From assembly GCF_009914755.1 (NCBI RefSeq), contig NC_060926.1: a stretch of DNA of 64,000 nt. One strand, given 5' to 3'. The notes under the pieces were generated by a model. It had not been told where the DNA came from, searched no databases, and saw only the letters and a program-made list of their open reading frames with translations. Made by a program: the position numbers and the translations under genes. Source of the stretch: the human T2T-CHM13v2.0 reference genome, Homo sapiens. Of the stretch, positions 28,339-43,354 are shown piece after piece (the stretch's first letter is position 1; the number at the start of each line of letters is the position of its first letter).

Positions 28339-30000
28339 TGAACTGTAACTTTCTTTAAGGTTGGGTCCATGATGACTAGAAGAGTCATATTTCCTATTCC
28401 ATAAACACCTAACAGTTTCATTTACTTAGCTAGGTATGGGACTATACTCTCTCATTGCTATCTTCTTTTTTACAATTAGACTTTGAATTCAGAATCAGAA
28501 ATATTTTTCAAATTAATCTGTACTCCTTGTTCTACCCTTTTGTGATGAGTTGGCAACAGCTCTTCAGATAAAGAAAAACTGTGAAAATATCTTCCTTGGG
28601 GTCTTTCTTCCTATTTCCAAAACAACTTTCCAAGTTACTTTAATAATCTCTCAGACAGAAGTTTTTCAGATCAATCACTTTTTCTGACATCTTCTAGATA
28701 AATACATGTTTGGCCGTGTTCCCCTTAGGGCATAGGCAGTCCAAGACAAAAACCATGACTTCAAAAGTGACATGATCTGTGTAGCATTCAGAGGAACTAC
28801 TACCTCCCTTGGTAGAGGCTCATGATTTTAGATTAAGGTTATGTTAGCATTCACAGCCACCACAGCTCATCAATCAGAAGGCTGAGCCAGACTTCTTCTA
28901 GGTCAATATTAACGATCTTGCAGTATCGTTATCTGAAGTAAGTGGAAGAATACTTTAATTTGTAAATCTAAGCTCATCAAATAGTTTTTCCTAAGACATG
29001 CAATACAATGCTACTGGAGGAATAACTAGGAAGCCAAACCCAGGTGTGCTCGCCAGTAAACTGACTTTCATTATGGATATTGAAAGAGAACTTCACTTTC
29101 TCAGCAATGGGTTTCTAGAACTGCATTAAAGACATGTGGCATAAACTACTAAGTGAACATATCATGAAAACATCTGAAGACAACAATAAATTTTTAAAGG
29201 CAGATTTATAGAAAAAAACACATGTAAAATCTATCAAAGGCACAAAACTATTTGGGACAGTCATCAAATTTGGACTTCGTCAATTTCGCAGTAAGCCTTA
29301 TAACAGTTTCTCAATCAGTATATCCAAGGAGATTATTGAAATAGTACAAAAGCAATGACTGAGAAATGGTGTCATAACATTTTTTTAAATAATGAGAATT
29401 CTAACAAGTTATCTTTGAAGTTTAGAATAGATTGCTACAATTAGAAAAAGATGGGTATCCATCATCCCACCCTGTCATATTCTGACATAAATAAAAGGAG
29501 GATGAATTTTAAATTACCTCTACTCATGACAGTTTTATCCTAGACAAAGTTCTTGCCACAAAACAGAGGGTGAAGGACTTCTAGTAGAGCTATAATTGCC
29601 ATAATGTTGATTAAATGTACACTTAATGTGGCGAAAAGCTTTTCTGTGGCATGGCAGAGTCTTTCTAGTGCTATTTAAAAACTCTTCAAGTACAATCTTC
29701 TAAAAGTGGTACTTTGATGAGCAGTGCAACAACACACCTGAAGTTTCATTGCTATATAAAGCAGAGTTGGGAACGGTAAAGAAGTGAGAAGTGTGGGCGA
29801 AACTGCCTTATGTAGATTATCACATTACACATATAGTCCTAGTTAGGAACACACAAGCACACTAGTTTTATTTTATACTTACAATTTGGTTTTGAGACCA
29901 AATATTATCAATTTTTTTGAATCAATTCTAACAGTATCTCATTTACTAGGCCTGGCTCCCAGTGACATTTAGCTATTTTCCCAAATCATATACCTGTGTT

Positions 30001-30025
30001 TATGTATGTATGTGTATATATATAT

Positions 30026-30056
<31 letters not shown>

Positions 30057-30062
30057 TATATA
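30001..30062. repeat. Compound (TATG)/(TA)/(CA) microsatellite
   Basis: Visible directly. A second (CA)n tract lies at ~30269-30290. Confidence 0.9.
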
Positions 30063-32143
30063 TTCTTTTTAAAGTGATAAGTGTTGCCAAAATTAAAGAT
30101 GATCAGAAGAAAGTGCTATTAGACAGAAAGCACTTTCCAAGCAGGAGGCCAAGTGTGCTTTGAAGGGCAGAAGACGTATGTATTTGTAAAGAGTGTTATT
30201 ATTTAAAATAATCAGTCATTACTTAATATTAACACATTTTATATTATGATGTATGTGTGAGATTGTGTACACACACACACACACACACACATACATGCAC
30301 AGCTACATGCTTCCAGAGACATCTCTTTTGGTATTATCAAAATGATAAAGTTCATATCATGATTCTCAGAGGCATTTGGAAGAGTTAGAGGAGAAAAGAA
30401 ACAGAATGGTATTCAAAGCCATAAAACTGTGTCAGGGGATCACTAACTTCTTCTCCTGTGCCCTCCAAGACCACCCTAGATTTTTCTAGATATAATATTG
30501 AAGGAATTGTGTCTAAACTTTTTAAATGGGTACTAGCAGTAGCCAGCAAGACAAACAAAACCTTTCTCCAGAGCAGTGGAGAAGAAATGGTAACAGAAAG
30601 CTCAACCACTAGGCTTTGAGTGCTAGTTTAGAGAGCAGAACACACTGTCAATTGACACTTGCCTTTGACAATTTGAACAGAGTCGGGTCACCTGACCTCA
30701 GGCCTCATACACAGCTTAGTAAACTGCATTGCTCCCCAAAGAATAATTTATCTTTCCCTTTTCAGAGTACTAGACTTCACTCCAAAATGAGGTAACTGAG
30801 ACTGGTCAACTGACTTCACATGAAAGAATTACTCTTGAGGAAGACAGTCAAGAATAGAGAATTTAGTCACAGAGGCAATTAGTTTACATTTTATTCTACT
30901 TGCCATTTGATTAAGTACACGTTTACCTAGGGAACAAGATGTTTTGCATGGCAACTAACAATGCAAACTTAAATTTTAAAGTATATATTTTTTATCCTAA
31001 TGCTAATTCATTTTTCATAATCTGTTTTTAGTAAAATTCCTGTTTTTCAAAGTAGAAATAAAAATGAACAGTAACATGCAAAGTTAAATCAAGAATGAAT
31101 GTCCTCACATATCTTGGGTCACAAAGACCAACATTCCTAAACAAAGGACCACAAAAAGGCATCATCCCTGACAGTTAAGCCAGGAGTTAGTATACAGATG
31201 CTTTACAAAGTGAGGTATTAACTCTCAGTAAAAACTGTATTACACGTCAACTATATGTCACAAAATAAATGTTCAGTAAATCTCTAAGGATTTATTTTAC
31301 TAGTCTCCATTGACAAAACTTGCCAGAAAATACCAAAGCACACAATTCACCTCACAAAGAAGATACATGTATATATACGGCATTCACTCTTTACTGAAGT
31401 GAAGAATTTTAAAACTAATGTCTTTATGGCAATGCCTGCTTATAAAAGATACTCTGTGTAAAAGAGCCAGGAGATCCATCACCAGTGAAATGAGTATCCA
31501 ATGAGACCTATCGTGTGCTCAGAATGTGGGAACTCAGGAATTGAAGACATGGTCCTAGGTCTGACAATCACATTATAAAATAGCAAACAAAATGAAGACA
31601 TAATCTAATTGAGAGCTATATTGAATGTTACAGATAAAGTGGTGGAAAAGATTAGAAGTGAAGGAGATCAGCAGTCTAAAACAGTTACATGTAAGATCAT
31701 AAAATGATCCTTAATATTGGCACTAGAAAATGACAGACTGGAATGAATAGACAAAGGCAAAAATCGAGAAATGTGTGTACAGTATATCTATGTGAAAGTT
31801 AAAAAGAAATCGCTGTTTAGATGGAAGATGAGACCAGGTTATCATAGTTTTAGAAGAGGAGTTTAAACTTCATGCAGTGAATGTTGGGAGCTACAGAAGG
31901 CTTGTGAGTAAGAGGGAGACAACATGAACACATTGTTTGTGGACTACCCAGCCCAGATAATTCAAAGTTGGTCGCAAGAGGGAGAACCTAAAGCCAAAGT
32001 TAACAACTCTGGATTCCTCTTTTATTCAACAAAATTGGATAGTAAATATCAGATAGTTTTTGGTCATGTTTTCGGTAAAGGACAAGCAGAGTATAACAAT
32101 TATTTGTAAAGCAAATAGCACATCGGATAATATACAACAATGA

Positions 32144-32425
32144 GGCTGGGTGCAGTGGCTCATGCCTGTAATCCCACCACTTTGCAAAGCCAAAGCCAGC
32201 AGATCCCTTGAGCCCAGGAGTTCAAGACCAGCCAGTTCAAAACCCTATCTCTTGAAAAAATACAAAATTAGCAGGTGTGGTGGCACACACCTGTAGTCCT
32301 AGCTAGTTGGTAGGTTGAGGTGGGTGCAACACTTAAGCCTAGGAGATCGAGGCTGCAGTGAGCCATGATTGTACCACTGCACTCCAGCCTGGATGATGGA
32401 TTGAGACCTTATCTCAAAAACAAAA
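32144..32425 (+). mobile_element. AluJ with small internal deletion
   Basis: J-type ttgagcccaggagttcaag and gaggctgcagtgagccatgattgtaccactgcac. The left arm is shortened near aaaaccc. Confidence 0.9.
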
Positions 32426-32428
32426 ATG

Positions 32429-32429
<1 letters not shown>

Positions 32430-32472
<43 letters not shown>

Positions 32473-32489
32473 CACACACAGAGAGAGAG
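32430..32489. repeat. (CA)n...(GA)n microsatellite at the Alu tail
   Basis: About 19 CA units followed by a short GA tract. Confidence 0.95.
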
Positions 32490-34459
32490 TGAGATTATGA
32501 GAGGCTGGAGCAAAATCATAGCTCTGGCATCAAGTCTTTCAGATAACATGTTAGACACAGAGCTCTATACTGCAAGTTTGAAAGTGATGCTCATCTGGTT
32601 TCATAGGTACCACATATATTTGTTGATCTATATCACATATATGTCTTGATCCATATGTGGTTTAACTTTCAATGTAAGTTCTCAATATTTTATCTATACC
32701 TACTGAAATGCTTGATTGACTATCAGGCATGCCTTAGACAATCAGAAAATAAAATTTTAATTTTAACAAAGTAAATATATGCCTAACAAAGAAAAGGATC
32801 AAACAATACCATAAAATGGAAATTATCAACCTTTTATTTAAAAACAGTAGAGAATTTCAATCGAGTAGTGTTCAAGTATTGAGTCAATCTGAATTACACA
32901 GAGCCTTGACCAATATTTATTGCTACATGTTTTAGAAGCAATTTCCATTTTGATGGGTGGCTTCAAAAGTGGTATTCTGAAGCAGTTAGGCAACATAAAA
33001 ATATAGGATCAAGATTATGTCTGTCAGATGAAAAATACAGCATTTATGCAGCATTATATAATCCATTCGCTGGTTTATGAGCCCAAGGTCCCCATGGGAG
33101 TGTCGCAAACCCACATAATAGCTACAGGGTTATATTTTGCATTTGAGACTCCAAATGAGCAGCAAATACTCTCTAAAACCACAAGTGTAACTAGAATACT
33201 TGTACTTGGTACCATAAAGTAAGTGCAAAATTGTAAATAATTTCAATCTAGCAGCTAAAGATGTCCTCGTTTTGGGTGATGCCAACATTAAAATATGTGC
33301 ACTTTTCTTCCAGTTATGTCAGTCCCCCTCAATTGTTAAGATACATACAACATAAATCAGATGGTCAAATTGGGCCTATGAAAGAACAGTTACCAATGAT
33401 TCAATGTCAAGGAAGCCTACTACAGTGTTCCCCAAGGATGAGGCCAGTATTTCTTAAACACTCGAGCTAACTGCCTTCAATAAAGAAAAACACATGATAC
33501 TTAATTTCAAACAGGACATGACACCAGGGATAGCTGGTGTGGCTAACTCAGGAATGGACATAATTGTAGTTCAAAACAATAGGTTATATCTTCAATATAA
33601 ATTTAAAAATCAAATAAAGTATCGGTATACATTTATACATTTATGGGGAAATAACACAATGGACTAGCAATCTCCAGCAGCAGAAACAAATGTGTCAAAA
33701 AGCCGTAGAGCTGGGTGAGAATCAAAAACTAATGCTGTTTTGGGATAGAACCATTTGTAAAAAGCAATCTAATCTAGATAAATACACACAATATATAAGA
33801 TGTAATAAAGCAGTTATATAATGCATTGGCATTCAGTATGATTATTAACAATACCAGTCTAGTCTAGGCAACAGTACAGAACACATTTAAAAATATATAA
33901 AACAGGATATATGTAAATATTAAAGAAGTCTGAATTATGTAATCTAGAGAAGTAAAAGTTGAAAGGTGGCTCAAGTATATATAAATATATAAAAGATTAT
34001 TTTATGTGTATTTAATTGTGGCACATTTTAAAGAGATGGAAAAGAATACAGTGTTGCTAAGATAGAGATATACCAAAAATGTAATTTTGTAATTTTAAAG
34101 TCATTGGAATTTGTGTGTGTGTGTTGGGGTGGGGGGCATTCTTACCTAACAGGCCTTCTCATGATTTTTTAAACTATAAAACATTTTTTAAACTATAGAT
34201 TTAGTCCACACCAACACTGCAGATTTTACCAGACAGTATGAGGAACTGACTTCCGACTTAACATTTTTCAATATGCTGTTGGGTAAATTATCAACCCAAA
34301 TAGTCTTTCAGTCTTTTGCTTAGAGTGAGGATCATGGGACTCAAAAATAAACTTTTTCCTAAAGGAAATGGACCGTTGGCCACTGACCACAGAATTAAGA
34401 ACACTGTGCACTTTGTTTTTAATATAAGACTAAATTTATCTTTCAAATTGATGGGGTTT

Positions 34460-34756
34460 CTAGAGGTCACAAACTGACAGCCTATGTACAAAACACAGAC
34501 TGCACACTGTTTGTAAAATCTTTGATTAGTTGCCTAATTTAAAAAATTGATACAATTACATTAAAATGGGGTATCTGCTGTATCTTGAAAAGAAAATAAA
34601 GAAAAGAAAATATGGCAACCCTCTGCCTTTATTTTCACAAGTCAACAATCTGCTGATGCTTCATGGTGACAAACGAGGAACAATCTTGCTACCTGTCCTC
34701 CTTCACTCATTTTTAACCAATCTAGTTCCAGGAGGCACCTGAGTTTGCCATCCCTG
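34460..34756 (+). mobile_element. MER102-like hAT-Charlie element
   Basis: gaggtcacaaactg...ttagttgcc...tggcaac...cttcactcattt...gagtttgccatccctg, with matching terminal inverted repeats. Confidence 0.7.
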
Positions 34757-36503
34757 GTTTATAAGGATGGACATTTTCATACTCTGCTACTTGATGTGAC
34801 CTATTTTAAACAGTGACTTTAGTATGCCTAGACTATCTTACAACATGTTAATTAATCCAAGAGAAACTAACACCAGTAAGTCAGAGAGTGGCATCCTTCC
34901 ATGAGTGGTTATGCACTTCAATTCAGCCAGATTTAATTTGGTTAACAAATATTTCATGTTACCTACACTAAAATGGATTAGTGGCAATCAACTTTCTCTT
35001 TTCAGGAATTGAGGCAAAAATTAACCCTTCTGAGCATTAAAAACAAACAGAAAGCAGAGTGGAAGTTGTGGAATAAAGAGGAAAATATGTGCTATAACCA
35101 GGGCCAGAGGAATTTGCAATTAGAATAAAGAACAAAATGTTCTGTCCAAAGAAAAGACAAATCCAAATCTTTTTAAGTTTCTTCCCAAGGATTCTCTCCA
35201 AGAAGTGAAGACCCAGAAGCAAGTTCATCTTTAAAAATTTTAAATGCTCAATCAAATCTATCTTAAACATTTGTTTTGTTATGCCTAGGGAAAAGATTAT
35301 TTTTCTAACATTACTGTCTTAGCAAACAATGATAAGCTTCACAAAAATAAAATGTTCCATTTTGCTTTATTACTGAAAGCTATGAACAAAATTATTAAAA
35401 TTAAAATATGAATTGAAATATTTTATAGTCCTAAACTTGTTTAAGTAAAAGGATTTTGTATTGTCATTTATTTGGATAAAATATTATACATAGGAACATG
35501 ATTCAGTAAGAAGCAGGCATAGGGCCAGTCTTTCTAGAAGCATCCAGGAGATTAACTGGAAGTACCAGTAGGAGGTGTTGGTCCCTTTCATAGTTAAAAT
35601 TATTTTATAGCTAGGCTCCTAAGTAAGGTGTTAAAAACAAGCTCAACAATATATAACAATATGATATTAATGTATTTTCTTCTAAGGAGCTAGAAACATT
35701 TCATATGCTTCAAACATAATCTATTTTTATGCATGGCAAAGATGCTAATAATGTTTCTTCAATTAAATGAAACAGTCCAAATTGAAAGCTATGAGAGTAT
35801 TAGGAAAAGATGTTTAAAAAGTTGTCAATCTATTATAGATTTCTTTCTACTGAAGATTATGATTCCCGAAAGGGTTTGAATGTCTATTCCTGAAAGGTAA
35901 TAGAGGAGACAGACTTCTATTAATGTTAAGTCCTCTGACATTCAGTCAGTGAAAATAAAAGGAGAAAGCATTAACTTTTAACAGTGGAGATGTTAAAAAG
36001 AAAAAAACAAACGAGCAAATTCTAAATAGCTGTGTGGAGCAAGGTGACTCAGCCTAGTTTAACAGAGAACGAAAATGTAATCAAATGAAACCTACGACCT
36101 CTGTACCAGAGAGAGTGAGGGAGACAAGAAGGCAAACACAATTTAAGAATCTGCGAAGAAAAAGTAAAAGAAGTCACATATGTGTGCAACATTCTGCTCA
36201 ACCTTGATGCAATAGGTGGTCCCTAAAAGAACTGCAGGTCTAAAGAGAGTCAGGCAAGCGCCTTGGTACTTCCTTTAACCGCAACTTCAGCATCTTCCCA
36301 TGACCCATTTTCACCTAAGGAAACTGAAGGCAACTCCAGGCAGCAGGGCAGAGTGAACCAGAGCTATGTGAACTGGTCACCAACCACCTGAAACCACACC
36401 TCTAATTTCCAAGTGAAAGCAAATCCCCTTGACTTTTGCCTCAACCTCTAAGCAGATTCCACAACTGGCATAGGCCCTTTATCTAGTCAAGAGTGGGATG
36501 TAG

Positions 36504-36546
36504 GTGTGTGTGTACCTGTGGTGTGTGTGTGTATCTGTGTGTGTGT
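36504..36546. repeat. Interrupted (TG)n
   Basis: Visible directly. Confidence 0.8.
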
Positions 36547-37547
36547 ATTCAGTGGAGTAAGGGATAGCTAAAACGACCAGAGGAGTGAGGAGCAAGGGGT
36601 TGGATCCTGAGGAGGAACTGCAAGAGTGAGAAGGATTAAGACAAGAAAAAGGACAGAGACTGGGTCCCATTCTCTCACTTTCTCCAGTGCCTAGCATAGG
36701 GCTTTGCACAATATAAAGACTCATGAGTGAATCAGCAAAAAAGCATATCTGTTGAAATTATATGTTCACTTTACAAAGCATTACAAAATGTGAATTATCA
36801 GGGAAGGACTCCTTTTCCCTCATGATGATCACAATTTAAAGGAACCAAAATTAGAGTAGTTACATCAATAAAGAAACCTACAGATAACATACACACACAC
36901 ACTTACGCACAAACACACACAATAATCATTTGGGTTAGAAAAGAGAACTGAAAAAGAACACATACGTGCTAGGGAATACTAGTAAAAACAAAACATATTA
37001 CTTCATAACTGGGAGAAACTCATTCTTGCCAGTGGGATTTTTCTTCTTTTCTAAATATATTAAATATCATATTGGAATATATCTGAGGTGATACGAAACA
37101 TATGTGTTAGATGGTATTATAAACCAGAAGGATTAAATACCACATCAAACAAACTGAGCCACATTACTCTGTATTTCCTTTCCTTAGCTGTTCCGGAACT
37201 TTAGAAATAATACAGGTAACACAGGACCTGTACTTCTCAGCCTTTCTTTTGAGAGCTGTAAACAAGTCTTTCTCTCTTTTCAGCTTGTTCAAGGGAAGAG
37301 CTGGAGCATCCAGCAGCTCTCTGCCACCATCTCATGCCTAGACGGGGCTGCATGTTTTATTTCTATCAATATTCTGTAGGTCTAGGTTTGGTGGAGCTTT
37401 TTATTCTGATAGTGGAAGGAACTACGTCATATTCCAAGCAAAGATGCATGCTCACCAGAGACAACAGCCATTCAAAATGTTTGTTTTGCCCCCACCAACT
37501 TGGGATAGAATTTTTTACAAATGACAAGGGAGAATAAATGCTTAAAT

Positions 37548-37735
37548 CAATGTTTCTCATGGTATGCTCTATGGAACACTGGATTATACAGTTAAATCAG
37601 TTTGGGAAATGTGTACTATAACCTCCTCTTCAATATTCATAATACCTATTAGCATTCTAGGGGCTCTAAGAGGTCCTATTGTAAAGAAACCCAATTAACC
37701 ATAACCCTAACTTACTTGACAATGGAATCCTCTCT
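37548..37735. mobile_element. MER103C-like hAT element
   Basis: caatgtttctc...ctatggaacactgg...agtttgggaaatg...attagcat...gtaaagaaacc...aacttacttgacaatggaatc. Confidence 0.6.
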
Positions 37736-37824
37736 TTTACAGGATGGGGCAAGCAAGAAGGAGGGTGTGAGGGATGCAGGGAACTGCCTTCTCATGACAT
37801 TTTTAGTAAAACACAGAACCAGAT

Positions 37825-37935
37825 CTTAGAACTGGATGAAAACATAGAAAGTGTCAATCCAGTCTCTTACTTTACATATGAAGAAACTGAGGTCCAGGAA
37901 AGTAAAGTCACTGGGACAAGATCATATAGCCATTA
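37825..37935 (-). mobile_element. MIR fragment
   Basis: ttttacatatgaagaaactgaggtccagg...ggacaagatcatatagc. Confidence 0.65.
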
Positions 37936-38094
37936 TCTACATTAAGAGCAAAAATATTGGCCATGTCCTTTAATGGCTGTGCTCAATCATTTTACTACTT
38001 CACCAAACAAAGAAAATGTCAGGTTAGATACTCCCCCAATCCTACCCTGTAAATTCTCTACCTCCATCATCTTACAGTCCTTCTTTTCCTTTCT

Positions 38095-38224
38095 AAAAAT
38101 TGTGTTAGAGATGGGGATCTCGCTATGTTGCTTAAGTTGGACTTCAACTTTTGGGCCCAAGCAATCCTCCTGCCTCGGCCACCTGAGTAGCTAGGACGAC
38201 AGGTGTTCATCACCACACCCAGCT
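38095..38224 (-). mobile_element. Alu monomer (FLAM_A-like)
   Basis: gagatgggg...tctcgctatgttgc...caagcaatcctcctgcctc...caccacacccagct. Confidence 0.8.
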
Positions 38225-38824
38225 GTTCTGACCTCTCTATTTCATAGGCTAGCCCTTTCTCCCAGGCCCCAGACTGCACTTTCCGCCCCCCTCCTTTGAG
38301 ATCTCATTGTCTCACATATCCCTTGCTGTTTTGAGCTCGGTGTCTGTCTCTTCTGACATTAACTGTCAATTTTCAGAATGTCCAAACTTTATCTTTCTTC
38401 ATCTCAAACTATCACCACAGTCACTCTTTTCCTTAAATTCCTTAGAAGGTGTCTATATTTGACATCTCAACTTCCTCAACTTTCATTTGCTCCTCAATCA
38501 TTAAATTCTGATTTCATTCTTCCCTACTTGCCTACAAAATTTTCCCACTACTTAATCCCCCACCCAGCAATGTTCCAGGCACATGGAACTTGTGATTTGT
38601 TATTGCCTCTTGACTACCTAATGCCCATCTGCATCTCTAGCTCATGTAAAATGCACTTCCTCCCTTCCTCTCCCCACCTTCTCTTATTAGTGATGCCCTC
38701 GGCATCATGCCTCTGCTCAAATATCACCTTTCCTAAGAAAATCATCCTTGATTCCTTAGAGCTTGTCATTTCTTCAGTCAACATGCAAAATATCTTACAC
38801 ACACACACACACATATTTTAACTC

Positions 38825-38950
38825 ATGTAACCATAAAATTTGTTGTCCAAATCAGCACACATCTGAAAATGAAAGACTATTAGTAATTACGTTAGAACAA
38901 CAGGTATGAACTGTGACCATCCTGGGCAAACTAAGATGTATATTCCCAGT
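38825..38950 (+). mobile_element. MER94-like (hAT-Blackjack) element within L2 remnants
   Basis: gtaaccataaaatttgttgtccaaa...ctattagtaattacg...acaacaggt...cctgggcaaac. Confidence 0.65.
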
Positions 38951-39019
38951 AATTATAGCACTTAGTAGTTCACACTGTGCTTTACTTGTTCACAAGTCTG
39001 TTGTCTACCCAACAGACTA

Positions 39020-39457
<438 letters not shown>

Positions 39458-39890
39458 CTAAAAAGAAGAAGACTGTTAATGGTAACAATAGTTTCCTAGG
39501 TAGGAAAAAATTCTTAATAAGAGCAGATGTTAGGTGGTATAACACAATCATATATTTCAACAAAACTAGGAGTAAATCTGGTGAGGTGCTTCTGAACCTC
39601 AGAGTGTTTCCTGGTACCCCATGAAACAGACTAGAAAAAAGTAAATGACTTAGAAATTAGCAACCTATTCTACCTGTTTTCCCACCTCACAATCGTTTAC
39701 TTATCACTTAAGGCCCAACTTTAATGTCACTTTCTTGGATGAAATATCGCTGCAAGTATCCAGGAGTTATTTGCCTCCTCTTTCATATTCTCAGAGCACT
39801 TTGTGGAGATTCAACATTAATTTTGAGAGAGTGCCAGGAAAGTTCACATACACTGTGTCACTTATTCCTTCTTATAATCCTGTGAGATAG

Positions 39891-40240
<350 letters not shown>

Positions 40241-40351
40241 ATGATCCCCATTTTGGAGACTAGGATATAGATACAGAGGATTAACAGAATTTAAGCGCTT
40301 ATTAAAGGGCTATGCTTTCCCTGACACAGCACTAAGCACATTGTGTCATAA

Positions 40352-40669
<318 letters not shown>

Positions 40670-40934
40670 TCTGTGTCATGATTACTTATGTGTCCATCTC
40701 CCCCAACCCAGAGTCACACCACAGTGGTCCTCTCAGAGGCAAGTCAGGATGTGAAATGTATTAAATGAGGGTGAAGGAAGGTGTGCTGCCTCCTTCCTAA
40801 AACATAAACACCCAAACACTCCTCTTCAACACTATACCTCATCCCTGCTTTCTGCAGCCCAACTTTCTTCAAGTCCAGGTTGGCAGAGACAGAAGGAAAG
40901 GGAGAGGCACTAGGAGGTCAAGAGCCTTTGAAAT

Positions 40935-41480
40935 CCCGCAGCTTTGGGTCTAGAGGGTAGTTCCACAACACACCAGTTGGTCATGGGACCATATGCAAGT
41001 AATTTTCTCTGAGCCTGGTTTTCTCGTGTATAAAATAGAGATAATAAGAGTTATACCTTGAGGTTGTATACTATAACAACATATACAATATACCATAGGT
41101 AAAGCACATAAAATTGCACTGAGCAATCATATGTGCTTATTGTTGTTATTACAGGTATTTTTCCTTATCCCTCCCTCCAATCTCTCTATCTTCATTGTCA
41201 CTTCTATTTCCCTATCATCCTCTTGAGAAGAGATAAAGAAAAAGGGAGATAGATGGAAAAGGGCACTCCCTTCCTGCTCACAGTGCACCACCGCCATGGA
41301 GTATGCCTCAGAGAGCATGAGCTTTGGAATGAGAAAGATGTGCTTTTGAATTCTGCCTCTCCTGTTTCTAGCTGTGAAACTGTAAGCAGCTTATTTAACC
41401 TCCTGGAGGCTCATTTTCAAGTTCTATAAAAGGGATCTGTTCATTCCTCCAACATATACGGGTTTTGGTTAGAATTAATG
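40935..41480 (+). mobile_element. Two MIR copies (~40935-41150 and ~41300-41480)
   Basis: Cores ctctgagcctggttttctcgtgtataaaatagagataata and ctagctgtgaaactgtaagcagcttatttaacctc. Confidence 0.6.
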
Positions 41481-43310
41481 TTATTCTCTGCCTCTCCTCA
41501 TCTTCCCTGGGAGGTTCTCTAACAGCCCATCCTGAACACTTTCAATAAATTATTGAAAGAAAATGGAATTGCGAGAGGATAGCAAACTAGGGAAAGAAGA
41601 AAGATAGAAGACCTAGATGGCCTGTGGTCATTACCTGCCCCTTTGCTCCCTCCTCCTCCTTCCCCCTCCCTGGCGCCACTCCTAGTCTCCCAATGCTACA
41701 CTTTTAGAATGCCAGCCCCAAGACAGGGAGGCCCTGAAGCTGAGACAATGCAGGTCTTATTTCCAAGATTCCCCCCACCCTACAAAACAAGGATGAAGGG
41801 AGTGGAAGTCTCCCGCCCTGTCACCAGAGCTACAGAGTAGAACACCACCTTCCCTGCTTGCTAATTGTTAATTTGAATCTCTGAATACATCTAATTAATG
41901 AAAGATGGTAAAGTCACTTAATGCCACAATTCAGATAAATAAGGAAACAGAACTTTTGTAGACTGGTCAGGAAAATTAAGCACAACGCAAACTATTCCTT
42001 CTGTGGGATCCTGCATTCTACCTTTCAATCGCTTGCCAAGGAACTTTTGAAACATGCAGAATTCTCACACCAGAGCCTGCCAGTAATATGTCATGAAAAT
42101 CATTTCAGATGTTTTAAGTTCCCGTCAGTAAGAAAGACGTTTCTTAAAAGGGAGGCTTGAAAATAAAGTTTTCTTGTTTTAACAGAGAAGAAACAAAATA
42201 CATGGAAAAGAAATTTGGTTGGTTTTTGTCTCTCTAGGCAAGGCAGTCTCATGTTGACAAAGTAATGGAGAGTTTCACTGGCACCCTGGGGAGAGGAAAA
42301 CCCTCCCCTTGCCTCTAGAAAGGAATGTACCTAAACTTACCACAAGGAACCCTACAGGAATAAATGAGGGAAAGCACACTCTACACAGAACCCAACAATA
42401 GCTATGCAACAGGAACTTTCTAAATCTAAGAGCTTTGTGAGCTTAAATTTCACAAAGCCTAAATCAAGAAAGAAGTTTTTAGTTGTTAGAACAGAGAAAG
42501 GCAGGTATGAAGAAATGGTTTTATCAGATGTTTTTAGTTCTATAAAATTAAGATAATTTTTTTAAAACCATGGTAGCTTTCAAAAAGCACAAAAAGCAAA
42601 ACTGCCATTTTATACTGATTTTTCTTAAAAAGTGACATGTCAACGATTTACATGTTCAAAACCACACAGCTACCTAATTACCCTCTGGAAGTATGTTAGG
42701 TCAACATTAAAAATTGTCAAGCCATATAAAATATTACAATTTTAGGTTAGTGTATTTTCAAATGTAGAGCATTCCAAGTGTACTGGAGTCTACATGTTCA
42801 CATGAATGTACTTTCTTACCTTGTTTTACATTTAGAACATCTTTCCAAAAAAATGATAAAAAATAATGACGCAAAAATTCACTGTTACTTTCTAATGGTA
42901 CAGTTTCCCTGAGAACAAAGGTTTAAAAAATTCCTATTCAGGGAGAAACTTAAGGTTCAATTAAAGTTTTATACTAGCTTAAGAAAGGAATCTTAATAGA
43001 ATCTGTAGTGAATTTTTGAATAGAAGAGCTATTGCCAAACAGCTGTACAGAAATTTTTTTGGTAAATCAGATAATTTTAGTATACTAGAGGGACCTGATA
43101 TTCAGGAGGCTGAATGAAAAAATAGTTTATAAATTGAATGAACCATTTGTAATATAACCATGCTCTGATATCTACTTAAAGTTTGGTTTATTTATACTGC
43201 ATTTCTAAGCTTGTGAGGTGAGTTTACCTGCACTTAGGAACATGTTATTTTTGTGTTACCCTATGACTGACTGTATGAAATTATGATTGGAAGAAGAGAT
43301 ACAGAAAATT

Positions 43311-43354
43311 GGAAAGGAAAGAAGGAGGAGGAGAAGGAAGGAGAAGAAGAAGAA
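43311..43354. repeat. Polypurine (GA-rich) tract
   Basis: About 44 consecutive purines. Confidence 0.85.

Noticed and set aside
30745-30797. Possible 26-nt plus-strand exon (ttttcag…gag|gtaact)
   Set aside because: The donor is mediocre and nothing independent supports it.
38378-38821. 147-aa ORF
   Set aside because: It lies in pyrimidine-rich L2-like sequence plus a CA repeat, with L/S/P-biased composition and no homology I recognise.
41660-41700. Possible CTCF site (ggcgccactcctagt)
   Set aside because: The spacing does not fit the CTCF core consensus.
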